In this document: piece by piece, positions 1 to 10,254 of the stretch
Layout: each line of letters begins with the position of its first letter
Numbering within the stretch: the stretch's first letter is position 1
Assembly: GCA_963737155.1 (NCBI GenBank)
Contig: CAVTRN010000001.1
Location: 1,694,702 to 1,758,701, forward strand
Direction of reading: 5' to 3'
Length of the DNA stretch: 64,000 bases
From: Nitrospirota bacterium
GTDB taxonomy: Bacteria > Nitrospirota > UBA9217
Translations under genes and position numbers: made by a program
Notes under the pieces: model-generated
Told to the model about the DNA's origin: nothing
The model's input: only the letters and a program-made list of their open reading frames with translations
Database searches by the model: none

Positions 1-846
1 CTCTGTTTTCCGCTCCCGCACTACGCGAAGGGTATCGACTACCATGAAGAGGATCGGAAGCGGTTCAAGTGCGCTGAAGATGCCACCCCACCAGAGCCAG
101 TAGTTCGGCGTTCCAATCCAGTAGTAATGATGCCCTGTACCCACAATGCCGGTGAACAAAACAAATCCCACCTCGATATAGAGCCATTTCTCGACGAGCT
201 GTCGATCAACGCCCGTCAGCTTCATAAGCATGAAAGCCATGATGGCGCCGGTAATGAGCTCCCAAGCTCCTTCTACCCAGAGGTGGATCACCCACCACCA
301 CCAGAAGTACTGGTCCGAAAGGTTCTTCATGAAAAATACGCCGAAGAGAAACATACCCGCAAGCATGACTAATCCGCCCAAAAGCACGCCCTGGATCACA
401 GTCCATTTCTTAGTCTTCATCATGGTCATGAAAATGTTGAAGAGGAAAATCAGCGCCACGATGACAATTCCGAACTTCAGTACCGTGGGTTGCTCCAGAA
501 ACGGCATGCCCCATGTCCAGCCGAGCAGATAGCCCACGATTGCCGTGACGCCGATTAGCGCGAACAGCACAAGCTGGAAATTCGCGAGTTTTTTGCTGTA
601 GAGCTCGGTCTGCGCCTCTTCCGGAATGATGTAGTACGTGCCGCCCATGAAACCGAAGAGAAGCCAGACCACGAGTAGGTTGATATGGATTGCCCGCGCG
701 GTGTTAAAGGGAACGATGTTGATGAGCGGGTCAAAATCCCACACGTATTTGGCGCCTGTGATCAGACCAAAGACAATTTGGAGCCCGAACAAGACCGCTG
801 CAATCATAAAATAATTTAGAGCAATCTTTTGCGATTCGTATTTCAT
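1..846 (-). CDS. norB: Nitric oxide reductase large subunit NorB (cNOR), 5' part; runs off the window start
   Basis: Not in the ORF track; translated manually from ATG 846: MKYESQKIALNYF...NTARAIHINLLVVW...WWWVIHLWVEGAWE...GTGHHYYWIG. These are haem-copper oxidase/NOR motifs. AGGAGG RBS upstream; lies directly downstream of norC. Confidence 0.95.
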   Translation of the reverse strand, partial: MKYESQKIALNYFMIAAVLFGLQIVFGLITGAKYVWDFDPLINIVPFNTARAIHINLLVVWLLFGFMGGTYYIIPEEAQTELYSKKLANFQLVLFALIGVTAIVGYLLGWTWGMPFLEQPTVLKFGIVIVALIFLFNIFMTMMKTKKWTVIQGVLLGGLVMLAGMFLFGVFFMKNLSDQYFWWWWVIHLWVEGAWELITGAIMAFMLMKLTGVDRQLVEKWLYIEVGFVLFTGIVGTGHHYYWIGTPNYWLWWGGIFSALEPLPILFMVVDTLRVVRERKTE

Positions 847-857
847 TTCATGCCTCC

Positions 858-1529
858 TTAGCGCAGTCCTGCGAGATAGCCCGCGAGATCATCAATATCT
901 TTCGGGGCAAGCTTCGAAAAATCCGGCATGATGGAATTGGGGTTATGTGATTTCGGGTCCCTGATCTGTGCCTCGATCCATGCATTGTCCCTTTTCCCAC
1001 CCTCTCTGGACAGGTCAGGCCCTACCTTACCACCCACGCCGTCCAACATGTGGCACGCGGAACATCCCTGCGCCTTGTAGACCGCTTCGCCCGGGCTGCC
1101 AGAGGTCACCGCCGTAGCGAGAAGGGGCTTTGGAGGCCAGTTGTTCGTATCGATCCCGTTCACCCACGTAAGGAAGGCAACTACATCGTCTACTTCCTGA
1201 TCCTGAAGGTGGAGGTTCGGCATCTTCCTGGCGTTTGGCCAAACTTTTTCAGGGTCTTTCAGAAATCTCTTGACCCACTCGGTATCGCGATAGCTCATTA
1301 CCTTCGTGACGTCAGGAGCGTAATAGCCTCCGATGCCGAGAATCGTATGGCAGTCGTTGCAATTGTATTTCTGCCACACCCACTTACCCGCGACGACGTG
1401 GGCATCCATCTTCTGCTCCCCCGTTCTCTTCGGCATTTGTACCAAAGAGTCGTAGGAAAGTACCAGGAATATCACGGCAGAAATCGCTGTTCCCCAAATG
1501 AAAACTGCTTTTGCCTGCGACAGAGTCAT
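858..1529 (-). CDS. norC: NorC cytochrome c subunit with an extra C-terminal c-type haem domain
   Basis: N-terminal TM helix, GKWVWQKYNCNDCHTILGIGGYYAPD and RKMP (NorC motifs); second CSACH...VGPDL...IMP domain. Confidence 0.9.
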   Translation of the reverse strand: MTLSQAKAVFIWGTAISAVIFLVLSYDSLVQMPKRTGEQKMDAHVVAGKWVWQKYNCNDCHTILGIGGYYAPDVTKVMSYRDTEWVKRFLKDPEKVWPNARKMPNLHLQDQEVDDVVAFLTWVNGIDTNNWPPKPLLATAVTSGSPGEAVYKAQGCSACHMLDGVGGKVGPDLSREGGKRDNAWIEAQIRDPKSHNPNSIMPDFSKLAPKDIDDLAGYLAGLR

Positions 1530-1726
1530 AACTCCTCCTTTCGACTAAATGAATTTTATTGTTCCTTAATGTTTGAAACTTCTATATGCTCCAGGTTATA
1601 GCTTGAAAAGATAGTCTTGCAAATTGCAAATCGCGTATTTGTCTCCGTCGACCATAGTGGACTTTATCAACGCTCAATGCGAACGTCAGGGGAATAACCT
1701 CAGGATAATGACTGAAACCGATGCAA

Positions 1727-1776
1727 TAGTATCATAGTATTTTAATCTTCACCAATGGGCTATGATGTATATCATA
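1727..1776 (-). promoter_or_regulatory. Crp/Fnr-family (DNR/HcpR-like) class II promoter for norCB
   Basis: Palindrome TATGATgtatATCATA at 1761-1776 (TTGAT-N4-ATCAA-like). Minus-strand TACTAT at 1739-1734 places the box centre at -41.5. Confidence 0.65.
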
Positions 1777-1924
1777 ATAGCAGGCGTAAGGAGGGATGTA
1801 TCGTTGCGAAAGAAGGACACCACCTTTCAATCGATTTATTTAAAGACCCTTTATTTGTAGATTTCGATATCTTGTTAACAGAATCGCCAGAGTGCGATTA
1901 CCGCTATCTTCCCTCAAAATAAAT

Positions 1925-2746
1925 TTAACGAGCTGTACGAGTACCAAGCTTATGATCAGGAGCCTTATTCAAGAGGCGTTTAATTTTAATTATATTCGCT
2001 TTCGTCGACCGATACCCTTCGGCTATAAGTTCATCAACCTTTCTCACATCCATGCGAGGGAAACGTGACAGCTGTGGTTCAATGATTACGTCAGCCTGCC
2101 GCACCTGAAACTTGGTGTTCTCATTGATAGCAATCTCGATGGCATTGAAAATGATGTCTATGATATCGTTAGGTGTTTTGTACTGCCGCTCCGCGCTAAG
2201 ATTCACGGCGACGATCACGTCAGCACCCATGGGTTTGAGGGGCGAAATGGGTACGTCTTCTGCTATCCCACCGTCCACCATCATCCGTCCATCAATGTAT
2301 ATGGGCCTGTAAAGTCCGGGCACGGCATTACTGGCCATGACGGCGGGAGCGACCTCGCCCTTTCGCAGTACCACCTTCTCACCGGTTGCTATATCAACGG
2401 CTATGATAGCGAGCGGAATCAGCGACTCTTCGATCTTGGATCTGCCAATTTTAGCTTGAATAAGCCTGCCAAGTTCTTCATTTGAAAACAACGCATATCG
2501 GGAAAGCTTGAGCTTAGATATTTTTATTGGCGTTATGCTCTTTCCAACTCTACGGATCTCATTCATCGGGATGCCGAAGGCATAGAGGGCAGCGGCGAAT
2601 GAACCAATGCTGGTACCGGAAATATAATCGGTCCGAATATTGTTGTCCTCGAGCGCCTGAAGCACCCCGATGTGTGCTAGCCCGCGCATAGCGCCACCGC
2701 TGAGGGACAAACCCAATCGTCTCTTTGTTGCTGGAGATGAAATCAT
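1925..2746 (-). CDS. Patatin-like phospholipase (RssA/NTE family)
   Basis: LSGGAMRGLAHIG, GTSIG and VDGG motifs. Confidence 0.92.
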   Translation of the reverse strand: MISSPATKRRLGLSLSGGAMRGLAHIGVLQALEDNNIRTDYISGTSIGSFAAALYAFGIPMNEIRRVGKSITPIKISKLKLSRYALFSNEELGRLIQAKIGRSKIEESLIPLAIIAVDIATGEKVVLRKGEVAPAVMASNAVPGLYRPIYIDGRMMVDGGIAEDVPISPLKPMGADVIVAVNLSAERQYKTPNDIIDIIFNAIEIAINENTKFQVRQADVIIEPQLSRFPRMDVRKVDELIAEGYRSTKANIIKIKRLLNKAPDHKLGTRTAR

Positions 2747-3397
2747 AGGGAGTATTCTCCTTCAAGGCAAAATATCTCTTTCTCTTAATGAAGATCTGCG
2801 GAATAGAGCTTTCGAAGCGAATGATAGCTAATGATCTCGTAATGAAACAAAATCCAATTAAAAGATATTGTAACCTATTGTAATTACGACGCGAAAAAAA
2901 TATGACGATTTAACTTAAACAAGATCATTATAATTGTTGCTATCTTGAATATATTATCATGGAAACTCGTTGTCAAGAATGCGCGATTGAATTTATATTT
3001 CATGCGCTGCAACAACTCGGAGAGAAGCGGAGAGAGATTGAATTGAATGATGCCGGGGGATAAAATAAAAATGTACTATATCTTTTGAGTAGGTTTGAAA
3101 TACGCATTATATTTTTGATAAGACTCTGCTTGAAATCAGCCCCCTACAACGTAACAAGCGAACTCCAGACGTCAGAGATCTTAAATGCTGGCCGCAACCA
3201 GCGTTGTTTACGGATATCTTGAAATGAGATAGCACCCATATGTCATTCCAACCACGAACGACGCCGATCTACCTACAGGCAATCTGGTTTTGGCAATAGC
3301 AACCGTTACATAATATTGCTTCACATCATGCCTTGATTCCATTTCCGCGTCCGCTATCATAAAAAAGGTGATCGTTGTTTATAAATCAAAGGTATTT

Positions 3398-3870
3398 ATG
3401 AAAAGTAACCTTTGTAAAATATTGGATACTGTTGATTCGTTTCCTCTGATAGAGTTCCCTACCATGCGGAGCGCACTTGTCGCCCTTCCTAAAGATTTTG
3501 AAGGACGTTGGAATGTCTTTTTAATTTACCGTGGACATTGATGAATACTTTGCTGCCAGCAGTTACTGGACTTCCAAAAAAACATAACCGAGTTAGAAAA
3601 AAACAAATCAGGATCATTACTACATCATCTGATCCTGAGGAGGAAGCGGTTAAGACGGCCAATAAATATGGTTTGACCTATTCTATGGGATACGGACTCA
3701 TATCATCCGAGGTATCGGCGGTGACCAGAGCTTTTGTAAATCCTGAAAAACAACGTTATTCATGCAACCGGATTTATTATTAGTCAGAAAGCAAGATCGA
3801 AAACGCCGTATACAGCAGCAGGTCCATAGATAGACTAACAGCAAAATATTTTGACTTTTTTATAAAATGA
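3398..3870 (+). pseudogene. Degraded AhpC/TSA peroxiredoxin-like gene, probably a former selenoprotein
   Basis: MKSNLCKILDTVDSFPLIEF...LPKDFEGRWNVFLIYRGH**ILCCQQLLDFQ, then frameshifted IRIITTSSDPEEEAVKTANKYGLTYSMGYG and ATGFII. Confidence 0.7.
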
Positions 3871-4651
3871 CGGAATTATATCAATACGGTTCTAGGGTAA
3901 ATTCTGGTCGTCGATGGACGAACCGGTACCGGTATTTATGATTCTCGATGGTTTGGATGAAAGCCCTGTTGACCTATGAATAGAGGTGACGAACAGGAGT
4001 ATTGGAGTATATTTATATCGATAGGCCACAAATATGATCAGCCTCTGGAGGTAATAGATGACATCGGATAGTTCTCGGTCACGGTCTTTCATTAGGAAAC
4101 CCTGATGAACTGGCTGGTCGGTAACTTGAAATCGCAACCATGCGAGGCAAGACGAACTATACTAAAAAAACTCAGCAGGTCTGCGGGCTTTCTGAACTCG
4201 TCAGATAATGATAGTGTCTCGGTGGCCGTTACCTCATTATCAATTTGTTAAAAAAATATATAAAGTGTCGTGTCGATTGCTCATCCTGAGTAATTAGCTT
4301 TCGTATATTGAAGTTTGTATTTGCCCAGTATGTTTGTCTTTTGCGTTCTGGATTGTGGTGACGCTAAACTTTGTCACTTTACGAAGAATCTTACATATTG
4401 TCTTAAGCCGTACATCACATTATGGACACTAACCATTGCCTAGTACGGAGCGATCTTATTGCAGAAGAATTTCTTCGCGAATGAACGGCAAATGTACGAC
4501 TAATGTTGTGATAGATGAGTCGTACAGTAAAACGAGATAGTATTTTGGTTCAATTGACAGCGATTAAAAATGAGATAAAATATGTTTAGGAAGTAAAGAA
4601 AAGGTACAGCGTGTCGGGTATCTGGCTGTACCGGGAAAGGAAGTGTTCTGT

Positions 4652-5323
4652 ATGGCAACCACTTTGCAGGAAACTCAAAGCATGGAAGAGCGGTACTTGA
4701 AGGGCAGATCACTAGCAGAAGGCATCGCCGGAGGCGCGGGAGTCGCGCTATCAATTATCGGACTGGCGGCCATAATGCCTCATTACATGATCCCGGTTTC
4801 AACGATTGCCCTTGGCATCGCATTCGTATTTGAGGGAGGCGCCGTAGCGAGACGGTTCTCACGTTTGCTCCGTGAGACGACGAAGGGGTGGTTCGATGTG
4901 TCAGGATTAGGTTCCGGATTGACCGCAGAGGTCATCGGCGGCATTACGGGAATTATTCTGGGCATCCTGACGCTCCTGAGCGTTGCTCCTGTGGTCCTGA
5001 TGCCCGCGGCAGCCATCGTGTTCGGCGGAACGCTGATATTCAGCAACGGAATCTCCGCACGGCTTGATGAAATGCTGATCGGCCGAATGGGTGAAGATGA
5101 TGTATTTAAGGACGTAGCCCGCGAAGCGGTAACTGCCACAGCGGGAATCCAGCTTCTCTTCGGAATTACCGCTGTCACGCTGGGGATTCTCGCTCTCGTC
5201 GGTATGGCTCCGATGGTTCTGAACCTTGTTGCTCTTTTGGGCATCGGGCTCTCAAACCTGCTGAGCGGAACCGATATCAGCGCCCGCATGCTGAGCTCTA
5301 TCCGGACACATCAACATGCATAA
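4652..5323 (+). CDS. Gly/Ala-rich multi-pass membrane protein with internally repeated halves
   Basis: About six hydrophobic segments; followed by a terminator; degraded paralogue at ~43.1-43.75 kb. Confidence 0.8.
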   Translation: MATTLQETQSMEERYLKGRSLAEGIAGGAGVALSIIGLAAIMPHYMIPVSTIALGIAFVFEGGAVARRFSRLLRETTKGWFDVSGLGSGLTAEVIGGITGIILGILTLLSVAPVVLMPAAAIVFGGTLIFSNGISARLDEMLIGRMGEDDVFKDVAREAVTATAGIQLLFGITAVTLGILALVGMAPMVLNLVALLGIGLSNLLSGTDISARMLSSIRTHQHA

Positions 5324-5355
5324 TGATGAGAAACGGAGATTCATATCTGCACCCG

Positions 5356-5395
5356 GAAGCCGGATATTATCGAAAGATGATCTCCGGCTTTTTTA
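5356..5395 (+). terminator. Rho-independent terminator
   Basis: AAGCCGGA...TCCGGCTT stem followed by a T run. Confidence 0.7.
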
Positions 5396-5569
5396 TTTCG
5401 CGCAAGGTGCAGAAAAGTGCATGAATGAAAGGAAATTCGTAAAGCCCTTAAGCAGCAAACCTCCGGAGAGCAAGAAGGGGACTGTGAGCTAATTCATTCG
5501 CGGAGATACGAGATATGCAAAGAGGCTTAACACCGCGCCCTTAACAGCGAGAGGAGAGGGTGAAATATT

Positions 5570-5944
5570 GTGGAAAAACAGTTTGCCGGGAAACTTGACA
5601 CTGAAATTAGTCGATATAAGCAAGCATTGAGCTCCCTTGCAAAAGCGTGTGATTCAGAGGATATTCAATTGAATGCCTCAACATTATTGAACTATTTGGA
5701 GTCCTTCGGATTATATCTCGTAAAAAGAAAGTTTCATCAGTTCTTGGAGATTATATTTGGGGCGCTCGTGTTATTCAGCGCATTGGGTAACAGTTTGAAC
5801 ACGTCCATGATAAATTACCGGGGTCCGCTCAGCCTTAACGCAGGATCTGCATTTCTCGTTGAGATGATCCTCCTTTTTGAACTGAAATTATACATGAATG
5901 TTAAGGCATTACATCAAAAAAAAGAAAAAAAGAGCGGTTCATAA
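5570..5944 (+). CDS. Hypothetical membrane protein, possibly truncated
   Basis: GAGG RBS, GTG start, two hydrophobic stretches. Confidence 0.4.
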   Translation: MEKQFAGKLDTEISRYKQALSSLAKACDSEDIQLNASTLLNYLESFGLYLVKRKFHQFLEIIFGALVLFSALGNSLNTSMINYRGPLSLNAGSAFLVEMILLFELKLYMNVKALHQKKEKKSGS

Positions 5945-6039
5945 GAAATGTAGAGAATGATTTTAGGACTCAAATAGGGGCGGACAGTTGTAGCATGGGG
6001 AAGTAACAACGGCAACCATCGGGTAGCAACGGATTCAAT

Positions 6040-7065
6040 ATGAAACACATTCTTCAACGGGCAGCGGCTGGTTTTTCTCCCGGATATTTTTCTTTTATCA
6101 TGGCAACAGGCATCGTGTCCATTGCGGCATTTCAGCAGCAGAGGGAATCGGTCGCCTATGTCCTCTTCAATATCAATAAACTTGCTTACGTCGCGATGAC
6201 CATACTTATGGTTATGCAAGCTTTGTTTTTTACTGGAAAGACGCTCGCTGATGCAAAGTTGCCGCCCCGGGCACCCGCTCTTTTTACGATAACCGCCGGG
6301 ACATGTATTCTCGGTAGTCAATTCATTGTATTATCAGGAGCATTTCATGCCGGTCTCTTCTTTTGGATGTTGGGTCTGCTGCTTTGGGTGGTTCTCTTCT
6401 ACGTTTATTTCGCTGCGGTAATCGTAAGGAAGGAAAAAAATGCGGACGAGGGCGAGTTAAACGGTTCGTGGCTGATCTACGTAGTCGGGACACAGTCTGC
6501 GTCTATCATTACTGTCCTGCTCACCCCCTACCTCGACCGCAAGCAGGATGTTATGCTGTTAGCAGCCTTAAGCATGCACGGATTAGGAATAGTGCTATAT
6601 TTTCTTCTTATCGGACTTATAATCCGGCGAATGATATTCGTGAGCCTTCCCGCGGAAAGTCTCAATCCTCCTTACTGGATCAATATGGGCGCGTCGGCCA
6701 TCAGCACGCTAGCAGGAGCCGAACTCATCCTTCATGCTCGCTCCTGGGAATTTCTTCAAGAGGCACTACCTGCACTCATGTTGACAACACAGGTGCTATG
6801 GGCCCTGACAACCTGGTGGATTCCGCTTATGGTTATATTGAATATCTGGCGGTACGGATATAAACGCTTTCCCATCACCTACGATGTAGAGCATTGGAGC
6901 ATGGTTTTCCCTCTTGGCATGTATGCTGCGTGCACGTTTAAATTCGGGAAAGTGGCAGGACTTGAGCCCCTTTTGCCAATCTCCCGTTGCTTCTTCTACC
7001 TTGCCTTGGCTGCATGGATTCTGGTATTTGCCGGCATGGTTGCAAGATTTATCCGGCAACTCTAG
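6040..7065 (+). CDS. TDT/SLAC1 family (tellurite resistance/C4-dicarboxylate) transporter
   Basis: PGYFSFIMATGIVS, PPYWINMGASAI and WSMVFPLGMY motifs; about 10 TM segments. Confidence 0.92.
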   Translation: MKHILQRAAAGFSPGYFSFIMATGIVSIAAFQQQRESVAYVLFNINKLAYVAMTILMVMQALFFTGKTLADAKLPPRAPALFTITAGTCILGSQFIVLSGAFHAGLFFWMLGLLLWVVLFYVYFAAVIVRKEKNADEGELNGSWLIYVVGTQSASIITVLLTPYLDRKQDVMLLAALSMHGLGIVLYFLLIGLIIRRMIFVSLPAESLNPPYWINMGASAISTLAGAELILHARSWEFLQEALPALMLTTQVLWALTTWWIPLMVILNIWRYGYKRFPITYDVEHWSMVFPLGMYAACTFKFGKVAGLEPLLPISRCFFYLALAAWILVFAGMVARFIRQL

Positions 7066-7511
7066 GAACTTCGTCCGCCAGGTGTAGTTCCTGCAACAAT
7101 CACTCATCGAGTACGAGTATAAATAAATTTAGTGTCGCTGCTGGCCTAGTTAAAAATCGTATAGCAGCCATACCGACGCAATATTTTACTACAGCACTGC
7201 TTTTCTCACCTAACAACTCATTTATTGTACTACCCAATTATCACAATGTTAGTCGTATTCTTGCTGCTGAACTGATTGAGACCAATTTTACAAGTGTACG
7301 TACTGCCCAAGACAACCTGTCCTGTCGCCACATGCGAACAAAGTTCACTGCGGCTATCTCCGAAACGTTAAGCCGTTCCTGCGTAAAAATAAACATGAAT
7401 GCTACGAATGGCATACCCAGACCAATAAAACACAATGCGAGGAATACATCCTATATACGAGTGTGTTAAAATACTGATAGAGAGGTTAAAATAACTAATG
7501 AGGGCAATTCT

Positions 7512-7988
7512 ATGGATAACATCAAACATATACTTGTTGTGAGTAGAATGGTCAGGTACGATGCTAAGGCGATCCATTATGGCGCATCGCTGGCCCTAAA
7601 ATACGGAGCTCAGCTAACGGTTGTCCACGTAATCCATGATCCTTTCGGAATAGAAGGATGGAACCTTCCTATGCCGAACCTGGAGAAAGACTACCAGAAT
7701 CTCCTCAAGAAAACTAGGAAACAACTTGATAATATTATTGAACTGGAACAGGCACGAGGGGTCGTCATAGATGTCATGGTCAAAGAGGGAGACCCCACGA
7801 AAGAAGTATTGAAGATCGTGAAAGAAAAAAAGATCGACCTTCTCGTGATGCTCGCCCACGAGGAAGGACATTTGGAGCACTTTCTGTTCGGCAGAAGCAA
7901 CAGTGAACTCATTTTAAAAATGCCGTGCTCGATCCTGCTCATCAAGAAGGAACCGCAGCCCGTCTATGGATCGTGGGATGAGGAATAA
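7512..7988 (+). CDS. Universal stress protein
   Basis: IKHILV...LTVVHV...EGDP...DLLVM...LFGRS...PCSILLIK. Confidence 0.9.
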   Translation: MDNIKHILVVSRMVRYDAKAIHYGASLALKYGAQLTVVHVIHDPFGIEGWNLPMPNLEKDYQNLLKKTRKQLDNIIELEQARGVVIDVMVKEGDPTKEVLKIVKEKKIDLLVMLAHEEGHLEHFLFGRSNSELILKMPCSILLIKKEPQPVYGSWDEE

Positions 7989-8486
7989 AATACTGCATCT
8001 TGCAGATTAAAGAAAATACTGTAGCGGCATAAGAGATTTCTGAGGAGTTATGCGACCGTTAAGAGGGTTCTTGTGCGACCGCTTTACGAGAAAGGTCTGT
8101 GCTTATTTTATTGAATGACGCACGTTTTAGGGGTTCCCCTTATCTTCGGAAGCGCAATAACGGCGCTATTGAACCATATACAGACGGCGAATCCGCGACG
8201 TATGATGCGTTCAGAGAGGTGGCGTACGAAGCGGTCAGAGTAGCGATAGGTGCTCAAATATTTCTCGGTCTCATTGCATAGATCCTCGGCTTGACAGGGG
8301 TCACTGGAGTAAGCTGGACGATCTTGACGCTCGTGGCTCTTTTTTATCATATCGGGGTGGCCGAAGTGACGAGTGGCAATGCAGTCGCTGCAAGAATGAT
8401 GGCGGTAATGCGTAAATAAAGTGCTGTTTCTATATCCATTATGTCAGACACCATGGACGATAGAGGTTGGGTATCACTGAAACCGT

Positions 8487-8519
8487 AAGGCCGTACACAT
8501 TAACGTGACGGCCTTTTTT
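8487..8519 (+). terminator. Terminator-like hairpin
   Basis: AAGGCCGT...ACGGCCTT followed by TTT. Confidence 0.5.
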
Positions 8520-8553
8520 ACAAAGTGGTCTTGATGTCCAAGTGAACCAAAAT

Positions 8554-10077
8554 GACGAGGTCAAGCTTTTAGTTGAAATTATCTGAGTGGCCCGTTCCCT
8601 TCGGCTAAAGTATTTTTATCGGTTCAACGGTGTAAATCATCGCTGTTTATAAAATCGGATTCGTAGGATCGCCATATGTGAGTTTTCTGAGGCCGAGCCA
8701 TACCTAACCATCCCCCTTTACGCAGCCTCTTTGACTGTTAGGTCATTTAATTCTTCCGCTTCGATCCGTTTCATCACGTCCGCGATGAAGGCGTGGCCCT
8801 TGATCTTTCTGAATCCTTGTTCAGCATATAAGAGGACAGAAGCGAGCCAGCGCTGCATCATCTTGCTGTCGCGGTAGCGCTTTATATTGCCTTCTGCTTT
8901 TCTCACCGTGGAAAACATGCTCTCGATAGGATTGGTAGAATGCAACGTCTTCCTCAAGAGAGCGGGGACCTTCAATCGATGAAGGGTGAGAATGTCTTCT
9001 ATCGCTTCCATGAGCGAATCAGCCGCCGACTCATTAATGCCCCGAAGCCATTTCTCCATGTCCAGAAGCATCTGACGAGCGTCCGCGTAATTATTCTGCT
9101 CCAGGGCTGTCCGGAACCTCCAGTGTGCGCCTTTCCGGTATTTCTTCGGCAAATGATGCTGTATATTCCGGTCCTTGTGGATCGTGCACCGCTGATGGAT
9201 GAGTTTCTTACCGAAGCGATCCCGGAGTGCCTTGATTACGCCCTTGCCGCCATCGGTAACCCAGATGATTCGTCGTGAAAGTATCAGACCCCGCCGCTCT
9301 ATATCAGAAAACAGCTCTTCACACAGTTCATGGTTCTCCGTCGCCCCCTGCCAGAACCCCAATGTCTGCTTCTTTCCGGCAATATCAAGCCCCAGCGCCA
9401 CGATGAATGCCTCTCCGCCGCGGTGAACAGTGTCTAAAAAGACCGCAAAGGGAACGAATGACGTGAGTGACCGTTCCTTAAACTCCTGAAGCTGTTTTGC
9501 TGTTGCCGCGACGATATGGCTCGATACCGTGCTGGCGGACACTCCAAATGCTCGTGCCGTATCTACAACTGTCTCCGCATACTTCCGGCATGATATGCCC
9601 CGAAGCACCTTTCCAAGCAATTCTTCTGCGAAGACTTCCGGTTTTTTCATCTTCTGATAGCTCTGCAGTACAATCTCACCCGCCGGACCTCGAAGCCGAG
9701 GGTGGGTCACCGGGATCTTCTGATCGCCGATATAGACGGAACCGCCCTGGCTAGCCCACTTCCGCAGATCGGGACTGTTAGGCTGGTAGTCGGGGCCGGC
9801 AATCTCCTCCCGCTCGATGTACATGATCGTCTCTGCCATCATTCTGCCCATTTCCTTCATGCATTCATCAAAACCCTGTTTCCCTTTTGCGAAGACACAA
9901 TACATCTGTTCGATGATCTCCCGCCTTCCGTATGCCTCTTCAATTCCTCGTATTGCCTTTTTTCTCTTCCTTGTGGTATCCTTCATTGAGTGGCTCCTTT
10001 CTTTTTTCTCTCTCTACCGTGGATTATGCCACGGGGGAGCCACTCTTTTCAATTTCAACTAAAAACAGTATAACCTG
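8554..10077 (-). mobile_element. Complete IS256-family element
   Basis: Imperfect IRs containing TTTTAGTTGAAATT; 8-bp direct repeat ACCAAAAT at 8546-8553 and 10078-10085. Confidence 0.85.
8718..9986 (-). CDS. IS256-family (Mutator-like) DDE transposase
   Basis: VFLD, VTDGGKG, QRCTIHK and STNPIES motifs. Confidence 0.95.
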   Translation of the reverse strand: MKDTTRKRKKAIRGIEEAYGRREIIEQMYCVFAKGKQGFDECMKEMGRMMAETIMYIEREEIAGPDYQPNSPDLRKWASQGGSVYIGDQKIPVTHPRLRGPAGEIVLQSYQKMKKPEVFAEELLGKVLRGISCRKYAETVVDTARAFGVSASTVSSHIVAATAKQLQEFKERSLTSFVPFAVFLDTVHRGGEAFIVALGLDIAGKKQTLGFWQGATENHELCEELFSDIERRGLILSRRIIWVTDGGKGVIKALRDRFGKKLIHQRCTIHKDRNIQHHLPKKYRKGAHWRFRTALEQNNYADARQMLLDMEKWLRGINESAADSLMEAIEDILTLHRLKVPALLRKTLHSTNPIESMFSTVRKAEGNIKRYRDSKMMQRWLASVLLYAEQGFRKIKGHAFIADVMKRIEAEELNDLTVKEAA

Positions 10078-10254
10078 ACCAAAATATGAGCACGACGAGA
10101 CGGAGATTGGATGAAATCATTTTGCTGCGTGCTTCCGGCGGCCGCCTTTCCGACTGCAGCTTTCTCTGACTGTCGGGATAGAGCTGCTGACCCGCTGAGA
10201 AATGAGCATGGCAGTATTCTTTTTCTTTCGGGGTGTCAGCTATCTGGGGTTTCC

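Noticed and set aside
3890-4200. Possible IS110 non-coding end
   Set aside because: Only an impression of similarity; no match elsewhere in the window.
5450-5495. Possible c-di-GMP-I riboswitch (GCAAACC...)
   Set aside because: Lacks the GAAA tetraloop, GCAAAG linker and P3 pattern.
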